Shown: in pieces, positions 37,347 to 48,518 of the stretch
Position numbering within the stretch: position 1 is the stretch's first letter
Layout of the letters: each line of letters begins with the position of its first letter
Origin: Minisyncoccota bacterium
GTDB lineage: Bacteria; Patescibacteriota; Minisyncoccia; Phycocordibacterales; JABMNX01
Length of the DNA: 64,000 bases
Reading direction: 5' to 3'
Assembly (NCBI GenBank): GCA_965222715.1
Contig: OZ244961.1
Coordinates: forward strand, 76,609 to 140,608
Position numbers and translations under genes: made by a program
Notes under the pieces: generated by a model
What the model was told of the DNA's origin: nothing
The model's database searches: none
Seen by the model: only the letters and a program-made list of their open reading frames with translations

Positions 37347-37957
37347 TGAGTCGCATTCGCTCACTGTTGAGTCATAAAAAAAGAATAGATGGATTTTCCA
37401 TGATAGAGTTAGTGGTCTCAGGAACTATTTTAGTGGTCATTACTACAGTTGTATTAGTTAACCATGCTGCGTTTGGAGGAAATATACTAATTGGAAGCCT
37501 TGCGTATGACGTTGGTCTTTCAATTCGACAAGCACAAGTATTTGGTCTTAGTGTACGTGAGTTTGGTACAGGAAGCGGACAGTTTGATGTTGGGTATGGT
37601 GTACACTTTGATATTGATAACCCAACAAGCTACTCCCTTTTTGCAGACGTTGATAAGAACAGAGTCTACAACACTGGTGACGGAATTGAAGAGGTGTTTA
37701 CCATCAGTAGAGGGTTTTCGTTAAAAAAATTGTGTGTGACAACAGTAGCATCTACTGAAATATGTAGTGATGTTGATGATGTTTCAACACTCGACGTTGC
37801 GTTCATTAGACCAGATCCAGACGCGTATCTCCGTATTAATGGAGACGGTGCTACTAGTTACCAGAGTGCTCGTGTTGTTGTTCAGTCACCACGAGGTGAA
37901 GAGCGAGAAGTAAACGTTGAATCAACTGGCCAGATTTCAATTTCTCAAACTGAATAA
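37346..37957 (+). CDS. Minor pilin / pseudopilin (prepilin-type N-terminus)
   Basis: GFSMIELVVSGTILVVITT prepilin signal. Confidence 0.6.
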   Translation: MSRIRSLLSHKKRIDGFSMIELVVSGTILVVITTVVLVNHAAFGGNILIGSLAYDVGLSIRQAQVFGLSVREFGTGSGQFDVGYGVHFDIDNPTSYSLFADVDKNRVYNTGDGIEEVFTISRGFSLKKLCVTTVASTEICSDVDDVSTLDVAFIRPDPDAYLRINGDGATSYQSARVVVQSPRGEEREVNVESTGQISISQTE

Positions 37958-37966
37958 ATAGTACTT

Positions 37967-38563
37967 ATGCCGCATTTTTCTAATACATACAGAAAACATA
38001 AACATACAAAAGGATTCTCTCTCATTGAGATCATGGTAGCCGTTTCTTTATTTGCTGTTGTGGTGACTATCAGTATTGGTGCACTACTCTCTCTTGTTGA
38101 AGCAAACCGAAAAGCACAGGCCTTAAACTCAGTTATGAATAACCTTAATTTTGCACTTGAGAACATGTCTCGCAATATGCGCATTGGATCTCAATACCAC
38201 TGCAATGATTCAATTACTGTCCCTGGGAATATCGAGAGTACTAAGGACTGTGCAAACGGAGGGGTATTGGTTGGTTTTGAGGCTTTTGATGGGGATCCAA
38301 CTGATCCCTCTGATCAAATTATTTATCGATTTAACAACAGTCGTATTGAAAAATCTTCAGATGGAGGAACAACGTTTGTTGCAATAACCGCTTCAGAAGT
38401 AACGATTAATGAGATGTCATTTTATGTTGTGGGAACAACCAGAGGTGACGCAAGTCAACCAAGAATCATCATGACCGTAGACGGTTCAGCCGGTATCAGC
38501 AGTCGAGTCCAAGCAGATTTTAATTTACAAACGACAATTTCTCAGCGAGTACTAGACCTATAG
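37967..38563 (+). CDS. Minor pilin / pseudopilin
   Basis: KGFSLIEIMVAVSLFAVVVT prepilin signal. Confidence 0.6.
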   Translation: MPHFSNTYRKHKHTKGFSLIEIMVAVSLFAVVVTISIGALLSLVEANRKAQALNSVMNNLNFALENMSRNMRIGSQYHCNDSITVPGNIESTKDCANGGVLVGFEAFDGDPTDPSDQIIYRFNNSRIEKSSDGGTTFVAITASEVTINEMSFYVVGTTRGDASQPRIIMTVDGSAGISSRVQADFNLQTTISQRVLDL

Positions 38564-38566
38564 TGT

Positions 38567-39109
38567 ATGAAAAAAAATATCTCTACACAAAACTTTATAC
38601 AAAAACAGTCTCTAAAGAATACACAACGAGGTTTTACTCTTATTGAAACCCTTGTAGCGATATCAATACTCCTTCTTTCTGTTGGTGCTCCACTAACCAT
38701 TGCATCAAAAGGCCTCGCGAGTTCATTTTTTGCTCGCGACCAAATAACTGCATTTTACTTAGCTCAAGATGCTGTCGAGTTTGTGAGAAATACGAGGGAC
38801 AACAACACACTTTCATCGGCTTCTTGGCTTACTGGCTTCCCGAGTACTGACGGTGAAGCGTTTACTGTCGATACGGTTGATGGGGACATGGCCTTGTGTT
38901 CAGTAACTTGCCCAGCACTTGAATACAATGAATCAACAGATTTTTATAGCTACGATGATCCTGCTGCAGATGAAAGCATTTTCACTCGTTCAGTTAGCAT
39001 AGAGACTATTAATGGAAACGAGGTGCTCGTCACGGTCTCTGTGTCTTGGTCGACGGGAGTGTTTAACCGCACCTTTAGTGTGAAGGAGAGTATTCTTGAT
39101 TGGCAGTAG
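38567..39109 (+). CDS. Minor pilin / pseudopilin
   Basis: RGFTLIETLVAISILLLSV prepilin signal. Confidence 0.6.
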   Translation: MKKNISTQNFIQKQSLKNTQRGFTLIETLVAISILLLSVGAPLTIASKGLASSFFARDQITAFYLAQDAVEFVRNTRDNNTLSSASWLTGFPSTDGEAFTVDTVDGDMALCSVTCPALEYNESTDFYSYDDPAADESIFTRSVSIETINGNEVLVTVSVSWSTGVFNRTFSVKESILDWQ

Positions 39110-39590
39110 ACTGAGCATACATGTTATGAAGCATATAAACAAAAAACACACATCGTCACAGAAGGGATTCACACTACTTGTTGCTGTTCTTGTTTCAGGA
39201 GTACTACTTGCTATTGGTCTTGCTATATTTAATATCACCATTAAAGAAATTCTCCTCTCATCATCTGGGCGTGATTCTCAATTTGCATTTTACGCTGCTG
39301 ACTCAGGAACCGAGTGTGCGCTCTATTGGGACCAGAAGGGTGGGGGTTTTTCTACCTCAACTGCGGGCACGATAAATTGTAATAACACCAGTATTCCAAA
39401 TATTGGTGGGGTAGGGTACGATACCGAAATGACTTTTCAGTTCGAGGTTGATGGTTTCTGCTCAGCTGTGTCCGTGACTAAAAGTGAAACGCATCCACGT
39501 ACAAAAATAGAGTCAAAAGGGTATAATACCAGTTGTGATAATACCCTGAATCCACGACGTATTGAGCGTGCGATACGGGTTACCTACTAA
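39096..39590 (+). CDS. Minor pilin-like protein (PilX-like)
   Basis: KGFTLLVAVLVSGVLLAIGLAIF prepilin-like N-terminus. Confidence 0.5.
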   Translation: MIGSRLSIHVMKHINKKHTSSQKGFTLLVAVLVSGVLLAIGLAIFNITIKEILLSSSGRDSQFAFYAADSGTECALYWDQKGGGFSTSTAGTINCNNTSIPNIGGVGYDTEMTFQFEVDGFCSAVSVTKSETHPRTKIESKGYNTSCDNTLNPRRIERAIRVTY

Positions 39591-41621
<2,031 letters not shown>

Positions 41622-41629
41622 AGGTATTC

Positions 41630-41929
41630 TTGGCTCATATGTCTGATACATCTCATATTGAAAAACTAGCTGCACTCTCACGAATCACTCTGACACAAGA
41701 AGAGCTTGAGGGACTTGCAGAAGACATTGAAGCCATTTTGGGTTACGTAGAGCAAATACAAGAGGTCTCTACACACACAGAAGTTGGTGATAACGGTCTC
41801 GTACATAATGTTATGCGTGAAGACGGAGAGCCACATGAGCCTGGTGTACATTCTGAGGCACTACTTAAACAGGCGCCTGCAACGAAGAATGGTTTTTTTG
41901 AGGTGAAAAAAGTTATCGATCAGAAATAA
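41630..41929 (+). CDS. gatC: Asp/Glu-tRNA(Asn/Gln) amidotransferase subunit C
   Basis: ~99 aa with a GatC-like N-terminus (IEKLAALSRITLTQEELEGLAEDIEAILGYVEQIQEV); located immediately upstream of gatA. Confidence 0.8.
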   Translation: MAHMSDTSHIEKLAALSRITLTQEELEGLAEDIEAILGYVEQIQEVSTHTEVGDNGLVHNVMREDGEPHEPGVHSEALLKQAPATKNGFFEVKKVIDQK

Positions 41930-41942
41930 ATAGTAAGTAACA

Positions 41943-43346
41943 ATGGATACACGTACACTTACAATTACTCAGGCCAACCAAGATCTTACTGATAAAAAAT
42001 ACTCAGCAGTAGATCTTGCGAAAGCATATCTAAAAAATATAGAAAATGATCAAACAGGTGCGTACCTTGAGGTGTTTGATGATGTGCTTGAGCAGGCACA
42101 GAAAGCTGACGAGCGTATACAAAAAGGAGACACTACTCCGTTGTGTGGGATTCCGCTTGGAATAAAGGACAACATTCTTATACATAACAGGCAAGCAAGT
42201 GCTGGTTCAGAAATGCTCAAAGAGTATCGAGCAACATATGATGCAACAGTTATCAGAAAACTTAAAGAAGAAGGGAGTATATTTTTAGGTCGCACAAATA
42301 TGGACGAGTTTGCGATGGGTTCTTCGACAGAGAATTCTGCGTTTGGTGTAGTAAAAAATCCACACGATCTCGCGCGAGTTCCTGGTGGTTCATCTGGCGG
42401 CTCGGCTGCAGCAGTTTCGGGAGATGTCGCGCTTGCCGCTCTCGGCTCAGATACAGGTGGTTCAATACGGCAGCCAGCAAGTTTTTGCGGCATTGTTGGT
42501 TTAAAGCCAACCTATGGAAGTGTCTCACGGTACGGACTTATCGCACTTGGCTCATCACTTGACCAAATAGGACCACTCACAAAAACAGTTGCTGACACCA
42601 GAATACTTTTTTCTACAATAAGAGGGAATGACCCAAAAGATAGTACATCACTTCCACAAGAAAAATTCACTAACACTGCTACTAAGGTAAAACGTATTGG
42701 TGTTCCCCGAGGGTTAATGGAAAAAGGAGTAGACGCTGGTGTACTAGAAAATTTTGAAGAGACACTTAAAAAACTTACAGAAGAGGGATATGAGATTGTC
42801 GACATTACACTCCCACAAGCAGTATACGCACTTCCTGCCTACTACATTGTTATGCCAGCTGAAGCCTCAACGAATCTTGCACGCTTCGATGGTGTACGTT
42901 ATGGATTATCTGTTGAGGGTGAGGGGATAGTTGAAGGGTATGCTGAGAGTAGAAGTAAGGGGTTTGGCAAAGAAGTTCGTCGCCGTATTCTTCTTGGTAC
43001 ACATGTACTTTCAGCAGGATATTACGACGCGTATTACACAAAGGCGCAGGCACTTCGGGCGCAGCTCATTAAAGATTTCAATGAAGCCTTTAGTACTGTT
43101 GATGTTATTATGACACCCACAAGCCCTACACCTGCTTTTAAAATAGGAGAAAAGAGTGACCCACTTTCAATGTATGCGGCAGATATGTTTACCATTACTG
43201 CAAACTTAACCGGCATGCCAGCACTCTCAGTGCCGAGTGGTACAGTGTTACGAGAAGACACGTCACTTCCTGTTGGTATACAACTAACCGCGCCACACAT
43301 GGAAGAGAATAGACTATTTACTGTTGGTGAAAGTATTGAAAAGTAA
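41943..43346 (+). CDS. gatA: Glutamyl-tRNA(Gln) amidotransferase subunit A (amidase signature family)
   Basis: Amidase signature GGSSGGSAAAVS with Ser-cisSer-Lys triad context. Confidence 0.9.
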   Translation: MDTRTLTITQANQDLTDKKYSAVDLAKAYLKNIENDQTGAYLEVFDDVLEQAQKADERIQKGDTTPLCGIPLGIKDNILIHNRQASAGSEMLKEYRATYDATVIRKLKEEGSIFLGRTNMDEFAMGSSTENSAFGVVKNPHDLARVPGGSSGGSAAAVSGDVALAALGSDTGGSIRQPASFCGIVGLKPTYGSVSRYGLIALGSSLDQIGPLTKTVADTRILFSTIRGNDPKDSTSLPQEKFTNTATKVKRIGVPRGLMEKGVDAGVLENFEETLKKLTEEGYEIVDITLPQAVYALPAYYIVMPAEASTNLARFDGVRYGLSVEGEGIVEGYAESRSKGFGKEVRRRILLGTHVLSAGYYDAYYTKAQALRAQLIKDFNEAFSTVDVIMTPTSPTPAFKIGEKSDPLSMYAADMFTITANLTGMPALSVPSGTVLREDTSLPVGIQLTAPHMEENRLFTVGESIEK

Positions 43347-43427
43347 TACTTAATTGCTAGGTAGATGTCTTCGCTACCCCCATACTCGTTTTTATAAAAT
43401 CTAATCTAGGCGGTATACTTTTAGATA

Positions 43428-44003
43428 ATGGAGTTTGCATACTTAAACACAGAGTTTATTTTCTCAACCATTTATAATTTTTTACTTAATGGAGATTTGC
43501 TCACTGTTCCTCGACAACTCATTGTTTTTTGGGATGGCTTTAAGATTGTCTCAACCATTATCTCCCTCCTCCTTCTTACAGGAATTGTGTATTCGTACAT
43601 TCGCCTTACACAAATTAGAAATGCTGAGCGTGAGGAAATTGAAAGAAAAACGGGTGGAACTGCAAGTCAGGAAGAAACAGAAACTCGGCGTGACGAGCGG
43701 TGGGATCGTGTTCTTCAGCAGGTGAATTCTGAAAACCCTAATGACTGGCGACAAGCAATCATCGATGCCGATATTATTCTTGACGATATTGTAACTCGAG
43801 CAGGATATCCAGGAGAGACGCTTGGCGAGCGCATGCGGGGTATTGAAAAGAGTGATTTTCGTACTATTGACGAGGCGTGGGAAGCGCATAAGGTACGAAA
43901 TCGTATTGCGCACGACGGTGCAGAATTCCAGCTTACCAAACGTGAAGCACTTCGTGTTATTGATCTGTACCGACAAGTGTTTGAAGAGTTTTATTACCTC
44001 TAA
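43428..44003 (+). CDS. Membrane-anchored hypothetical protein with C-terminal HEPN-like R-x4-H motif
   Basis: One N-terminal TM (IVSTIISLLLLTGIVYSYI). C-terminal alpha-helical region with AHKVRNRIAHDG (Rx4-6H). Sits next to a tRNA cluster. Weak assignment. Confidence 0.35.
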   Translation: MEFAYLNTEFIFSTIYNFLLNGDLLTVPRQLIVFWDGFKIVSTIISLLLLTGIVYSYIRLTQIRNAEREEIERKTGGTASQEETETRRDERWDRVLQQVNSENPNDWRQAIIDADIILDDIVTRAGYPGETLGERMRGIEKSDFRTIDEAWEAHKVRNRIAHDGAEFQLTKREALRVIDLYRQVFEEFYYL

Positions 44004-44043
44004 ACAAAATACACACCTTCTAAGGTGTGTATTTTGTAACGTG

Positions 44044-44114
44044 TTGCGGGGGCCGGACTCGAACCGGCGTCCCGAGGTTATGAGCCTCGTGAGGTACCGC
44101 TCCTCCACCCCGCG
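44044..44114 (-). tRNA. Initiator tRNA-fMet (anticodon CAT)
   Basis: Minus-strand CGCGGGGTGGAGGAGCGGTACCTCACGAGGCTCATAACCTCGGGACGCCGGTTCGAGTCCGGCCCCCGCAA. The C1-A72 mismatch and CGCGGGG 5' end are hallmarks of bacterial initiator tRNA. Confidence 0.7.
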
Positions 44115-44339
44115 ATATCTACATAAAAAACGCTCTACTGGCGTTTCTAATATACTACCACAAAAAAAGTGGTGTGTGAATAACGTTGAAAACACTGTAG
44201 GTTAATGGTATTTTAAGACATAAGCTCACACGAGCTTTTTCTATTAGTGACGTAGAGCGAACATACCGAGAAAATTAAGCAAAAGCTTTTTTCTTGGTAT
44301 CGAGTCAAGGAACTAATATAAGACGTTACTACTTTTATT

Positions 44340-44413
44340 GTCGGGGTAGCTCAGATGGTTAGAGCGCAGCACTCATAAAGCTGAGGTCGTGGGTTCGATC
44401 CCCACCCTCGACA
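44340..44413 (+). tRNA. tRNA-Met (elongator) or tRNA-Ile2 (anticodon CAT)
   Basis: Cloverleaf with anticodon loop ctcataa and T-arm gtgggttcgatccccac. The CAT anticodon cannot distinguish Met from lysidine-Ile by sequence alone. Confidence 0.7.
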
Positions 44414-44436
44414 CACGAAACTTTAAGTAAAATACA

Positions 44437-44661
44437 GTGTTACAGAAGGTAATGATTCAAAAAATTACCCTTACGATATTTTTTACATGCCTTTTTATAA
44501 CAGCTGCACTCGTTCTTTATTTTGTTTGGAGCGAAGGTCCTCCGACAGATACTTGGGGACAGATAGCAGGAACTACTTTTATTGTTGGTTTAACGTCTTT
44601 TCTAACGTGGATTACTGAGTCAATCTATCGAATGAAGGTCGTTGCGAATAAAGAAAAATAA
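44437..44661 (+). CDS. Small 2-TM membrane protein
   Basis: 74 aa with two hydrophobic helices, located between tRNAs. Weak call. Confidence 0.3.
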   Translation: MLQKVMIQKITLTIFFTCLFITAALVLYFVWSEGPPTDTWGQIAGTTFIVGLTSFLTWITESIYRMKVVANKEK

Positions 44662-44702
44662 GCTATACTCTATGGACGTATTCGGTTTTTAAGAGCCGTA
44701 AT

Positions 44703-44777
44703 GCGGTGGTAGCTCAATTTGGTTAGAGCACTCGCCTGTCACGCGAGAGGTTGCGGGTTCAAGTCCCGTCCATCGCG
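44703..44777 (+). tRNA. tRNA-Asp (anticodon GTC)
   Basis: Acceptor gcggtgg/ccatcgc, anticodon loop ctgtcac, T-arm gcgggttcaagtcccgt. Confidence 0.85.
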
Positions 44778-44978
44778 CATTAAACAGTTTGGCCCCAGTC
44801 TGGAAAGACTTGGGGCCTTACTGTTTAACAATAGCGGTGTGACTTGAAAGACGGAGCGAGCAAAGCGAGGAACAAGCTTACAGACCCCAAGACCTATTAT
44901 TGTGCATAAAGATAAACAAACTACACACAAGTATTATTTAAGCTTTACTCTAAACATAGAATTCGTTATCCTTTTAGT

Positions 44979-45578
44979 GTGAAGAAATCTTTTAACAAGA
45001 AAACCCTTCAGGACTTGTATGAAAAAGAGAAGCTTTCTGTTTCTGTGATTGCAAAACGTCTGGGATGTTCACAGAATAAAGTTAACTACTGGTTGAAAAA
45101 GTATGGAATTAATAAGAGGAGTATTTCTGAAGCTATTTATCTTAAAAACAATCCAAAAGGAGATCCATTTTTATTTAATCAACCTAAAAATGTATCCTCC
45201 TATTTTATCTATGGCCTTGGTTTGGGCTTATTTTGGGGAGAAGGGAATAAAAAAGATCGCCATTCAGTACGTCTAGGAAACTCTGATCCAAAATTAATCA
45301 GATACTTCATAAAGTTTCTTAAAGAAATATATAACATTGATGAAAGAAGGTTGCGTTTTGGAATTCAGGTTTTTAATGATGTATCATCGCATGAAGCACT
45401 GCTTTTCTGGAGTAAAGAGTTAAGCGTAGATAAAAGTCAATTTCAAAAAGTTGTTATAACGCCAACACGTGGCACTGGTTCATATAAAAAGAAGTCCAAG
45501 CACGGTGTCTTAACAGTGTATTTTTATAATAAAAAATTACGTGATACGATAATGGGCGCAATAGAAGGATTAAAGTAA
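44979..45578 (+). CDS. HTH + LAGLIDADG-like protein (candidate free-standing homing-endonuclease-like gene)
   Basis: N-terminal HTH (LSVSVIAKRLGCSQNKVNYWLKKYGI). Single LAGLIDADG-like motif YFIYGLGLGLFWGEGN followed by KLIRYFIKFLKEIY. AT-rich. The stop codon directly abuts tRNA-Thr. Confidence 0.35.
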   Translation: MKKSFNKKTLQDLYEKEKLSVSVIAKRLGCSQNKVNYWLKKYGINKRSISEAIYLKNNPKGDPFLFNQPKNVSSYFIYGLGLGLFWGEGNKKDRHSVRLGNSDPKLIRYFIKFLKEIYNIDERRLRFGIQVFNDVSSHEALLFWSKELSVDKSQFQKVVITPTRGTGSYKKKSKHGVLTVYFYNKKLRDTIMGAIEGLK

Positions 45579-45652
45579 GCCGGAGTAGTTCAGTGGTAGA
45601 ACGCCGTCATGGTAAGACGGAGGTCAAGAGTTCGATTCTCTTCTTCGGCTCC
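45579..45652 (+). tRNA. tRNA-Thr (anticodon GGT), CCA encoded
   Basis: Acceptor gccggag/cttcggc, anticodon loop atggtaa, T-arm aagagttcgattctctt, 3' tcca. Confidence 0.85.
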
Positions 45653-45668
45653 AGAGAGGAATATATTT

Positions 45669-45741
45669 GCCACCTTAGCTCAGTTGGTAGAGCGACGCAC
45701 TCGTAACGCGTAGGTCCGCGGTTCAATCCCGCGAGGTGGCT
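45669..45741 (+). tRNA. tRNA-Thr (anticodon CGT)
   Basis: Acceptor gccacct/aggtggc, anticodon loop ctcgtaa, T-arm cgcggttcaatcccgcg. Confidence 0.8.
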
Positions 45742-45862
45742 CAGGTAAAAGTCTCTTTCTTTTTATAACACTTTCTGTATACTGCCTAATGGCATGGTTT
45801 TGGCAGTAATGACCGGGATCCACCGCTTGCGGTCGTAGTACTCCCCGCCGATTCTGTGTCAT

Positions 45863-45899
45863 GGCCGAGGTTTGAGCTTCACCTCCTCAACCTCGGCCT
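45863..45899 (+). terminator. Terminator hairpin ggccgaggtttgag-cttcacct-cctcaacctcggcc + T-run
   Basis: 13-bp stem followed by TTTTCTTTTT, downstream of the tRNA-Thr pair. Confidence 0.5.
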
Positions 45900-45923
45900 T
45901 TTCTTTTTGCTATACTCTCTAAC

Positions 45924-46805
45924 ATGACGGACAAAGAAACTATTGAGAAAAAAATTGCTGAACTTGAGGCAGAAATGGTGAAGCCAGATTTTTGGCAGGA
46001 CAAAGAACGCGCTCAAGCAGTTATTAAAGAAATTCAAGAGCTTAAAACAGAAGCTGAAGGTGGTAGTAAATATGACAAAGGCGATGCAGTCGTCACCATC
46101 TTTTCTGGTGCGGGAGGAGATGATGCCGAAGATTTTTCCGCTCTTCTCTTTCGTATGTACAGTAAATACATTGAAGGAAAGGGGTGGGGTAGTGTCGTCA
46201 TTCACGAAAACTCAAACGACCACGGTGGTTTTCGCAACATCACTTTTGAAGTTTCTGGAAAGAACGTGTATGGCACACTGAAAAATGAGTCAGGAGTGCA
46301 TCGACTGGTACGCATTTCACCATTTAATGCCCAAGCAAAACGACATACCTCATTTTCAATGGTTGAAGTAGTGCCCAAAATTCCTAAAACCGATGACATA
46401 ACTCTTTCGGATGAAGAGATTGAAATACAGTTTACTAAATCAAGTGGACCGGGTGGTCAGAATGTAAACAAACGAGAGACTGCAGTGCGTATCATCCACA
46501 CCCCAACAAATATATCTGTACATGTTGAGTCAGAGCGAAGTCAGGCCCAGAACAAAGAAAAAGCGCTCGAGGTACTTAAAGGAAAACTGTATAAAAAACG
46601 TGAAGAAGACCGAAAGAAAGAAGCTCGTGGTCTTGCTATTTCACAAGGTATCGACGTCGAGTGGGGGAATCAAATTCGCTCGTACGTACTTCACCCGTAT
46701 AAGTTGGTCAAAGATCATCGCACCGACACTGAGGTACGGGACGTTGACAGTGTATTTAATGGAGATATTCAGGTATTCGTGGACGCCGAGCGTGATCTAG
46801 AGTAA
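45924..46805 (+). CDS. prfB: Peptide chain release factor 2 (short form, no programmed frameshift)
   Basis: SPF tripeptide motif (RISPFNAQ) specific to RF2 and GGQ motif (SGPGGQNVNK). The N-terminal domain is ~50 aa shorter than E. coli RF2, and there is no in-frame TGA near the 5' end. Confidence 0.8.
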   Translation: MTDKETIEKKIAELEAEMVKPDFWQDKERAQAVIKEIQELKTEAEGGSKYDKGDAVVTIFSGAGGDDAEDFSALLFRMYSKYIEGKGWGSVVIHENSNDHGGFRNITFEVSGKNVYGTLKNESGVHRLVRISPFNAQAKRHTSFSMVEVVPKIPKTDDITLSDEEIEIQFTKSSGPGGQNVNKRETAVRIIHTPTNISVHVESERSQAQNKEKALEVLKGKLYKKREEDRKKEARGLAISQGIDVEWGNQIRSYVLHPYKLVKDHRTDTEVRDVDSVFNGDIQVFVDAERDLE

Positions 46806-46875
46806 AATGAATTCCATCGTTAACTGATATTGAAGCACTGGCTAAAAACGAACAGTTACACACAAGCATCTACTC

Positions 46876-47556
46876 ATGATTTACTTCGATAATGTTTCGA
46901 AACTATATAACGGAGGACATCCAGCACTTGAAGATGTGACTCTCTCGATTGAACCTGCTGAATTTGTTTCAGTGGTAGGGCACTCAGGTGCAGGTAAAAC
47001 AACGCTTCTTAAAATGCTTCTTGCAGAAGATTATCCAACAACTGGTGACGTGTTTTTTGAGTCAGCAAATATTAAAAACTTAGGGCGAGATGATCTTACG
47101 CGCTTACGACAGCGTATGGGTATGGTCTTCCAGGACTTTCGACTGATTCCTAATAAGACAGCGTATGAAAATATTGCCTTTGCTATGGAAGCCGCAGGAC
47201 GTTCTGAAGAAGAAATTGCGACTGATGTACCCTATGTTCTCGATTTGGTTGATTTGGGAGATAAAATTTGGAACTTCCCACGGGAACTTTCTGGTGGAGA
47301 AAAGCAGCGTGTTGCAATCGCGCGAGCAATTGTAAATCAGCCCGACATTGTGATTGCTGATGAGCCAACAGGGAACCTTGATCCAGTGAGCACCTTTGAT
47401 GTCGTACAAATTCTTAAGAAAATTAATGATTTAGGTACCACCGTTATTTTGACAACACACAATAAGGGAGTTATAGATTCACTCGGACGGCGAGTTATCA
47501 CTATGGATAGCGGTAGAATCGTGCGAGACGATAAATCAGGGCGTTATGCACTGTAG
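46876..47556 (+). CDS. ftsE: Cell division ATP-binding protein FtsE
   Basis: ABC ATPase: Walker A GHSGAGKTT, signature LSGGEKQR, Walker B IVIADEPT. ftsX follows. Confidence 0.85.
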   Translation: MIYFDNVSKLYNGGHPALEDVTLSIEPAEFVSVVGHSGAGKTTLLKMLLAEDYPTTGDVFFESANIKNLGRDDLTRLRQRMGMVFQDFRLIPNKTAYENIAFAMEAAGRSEEEIATDVPYVLDLVDLGDKIWNFPRELSGGEKQRVAIARAIVNQPDIVIADEPTGNLDPVSTFDVVQILKKINDLGTTVILTTHNKGVIDSLGRRVITMDSGRIVRDDKSGRYAL

Positions 47557-47591
47557 TCTCTCTTCACTCTGAGGTATACTGGTAGACAACT

Positions 47592-48518
47592 ATGTGGTGG
47601 ACAAACGTAAAGCGAATCATTAAGTATGGGTCAGTCGGATTTATCCGAAACAGTTTTGTCTCCCTCTCTACCATTCTTGTTATGACCATCACGCTTTTTG
47701 TGATCGGTTCTCTTATTTTTATTGGGGCAGTACTCAACACAACACTTGAACAAGTGCGTGACAAAGTTGATATTAACGTCTACTTTGTTACCACTGCTCC
47801 TGAGGGAAGTATTCTCTCACTAAAAAACTCAATTGAAGCACTGCCAGAGGTTGCTGAAGTAACATACACTTCACGTGAGGAAGCACTTGAGCGATTTCGT
47901 GAACGACACAAAGACGATCAACTCACCCTTCAAGCACTAGAAGAGCTTGAAGAAAACCCACTTGGTGCAAGTTTAAGTATTCGTGCAAAAGAAACATCTC
48001 AGTATGAAGGTATTGCAACATTCCTTGAGAATGATGCCGCGGTCTCTCCTGGAGAGGAAACGTTAGTTGAAAAGATTAACTACTTCCAAAACAAAGTTGC
48101 TATTGATCGACTCACACAGGTTATTGATTCGTCTGAACAATTTGGACTTGCAATCATTATTTTCTTACTTGCTGCGTCAGTGATGATCACCTTTAATACT
48201 ATTCGATTAGCGATTTACACGGCGCGTGATGAAATCTCTGTCATGAAACTTGTTGGTGCCGCAAACTCCTACGTGCGTGGACCGTTTGTATTTGAAGGGG
48301 TGCTCTATGGTATTACCGCTGGGTTCATCACCCTCATTCTTTTCTATCCACTGACGCTCTGGCTTGGTCCTGTTACAGAAGGGTTCTTTAATGAAATTAA
48401 CATCTTCCAGTACTATCTCGATAACTTTGGTGAAATCTTCCTCATTATTATGGGCACCGGTATCTTCTTGGGCGCGGTGTCTAGTTACTTGGCAGTGAGA
48501 CGGTACTTAAAGGTGTAA
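47592..48518 (+). CDS. ftsX: Cell division permease FtsX
   Basis: N-terminal TM, periplasmic domain, three C-terminal TM helices (FtsX-like permease), adjacent to ftsE. Confidence 0.8.
   Translation: MWWTNVKRIIKYGSVGFIRNSFVSLSTILVMTITLFVIGSLIFIGAVLNTTLEQVRDKVDINVYFVTTAPEGSILSLKNSIEALPEVAEVTYTSREEALERFRERHKDDQLTLQALEELEENPLGASLSIRAKETSQYEGIATFLENDAAVSPGEETLVEKINYFQNKVAIDRLTQVIDSSEQFGLAIIIFLLAASVMITFNTIRLAIYTARDEISVMKLVGAANSYVRGPFVFEGVLYGITAGFITLILFYPLTLWLGPVTEGFFNEINIFQYYLDNFGEIFLIIMGTGIFLGAVSSYLAVRRYLKV

Noticed and set aside
43551-44205. 214-aa minus-strand ORF and 127-aa plus-strand ORF spanning the HEPN-like gene and the tRNA-fMet gene
   Set aside because: They run through a tRNA gene and are antisense to the better-supported plus-strand ORF, which has operon continuity with gatA.
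44739-44930. 63-aa minus-strand ORF overlapping tRNA-Asp
   Set aside because: It overlaps a confident tRNA gene and has no RBS.
45900-45990. Programmed +1 frameshift site in prfB
   Set aside because: No in-frame TGA or CUU UGA motif near the 5' end, and no upstream ORF in another frame. The gene appears to be a contiguous short-form RF2.
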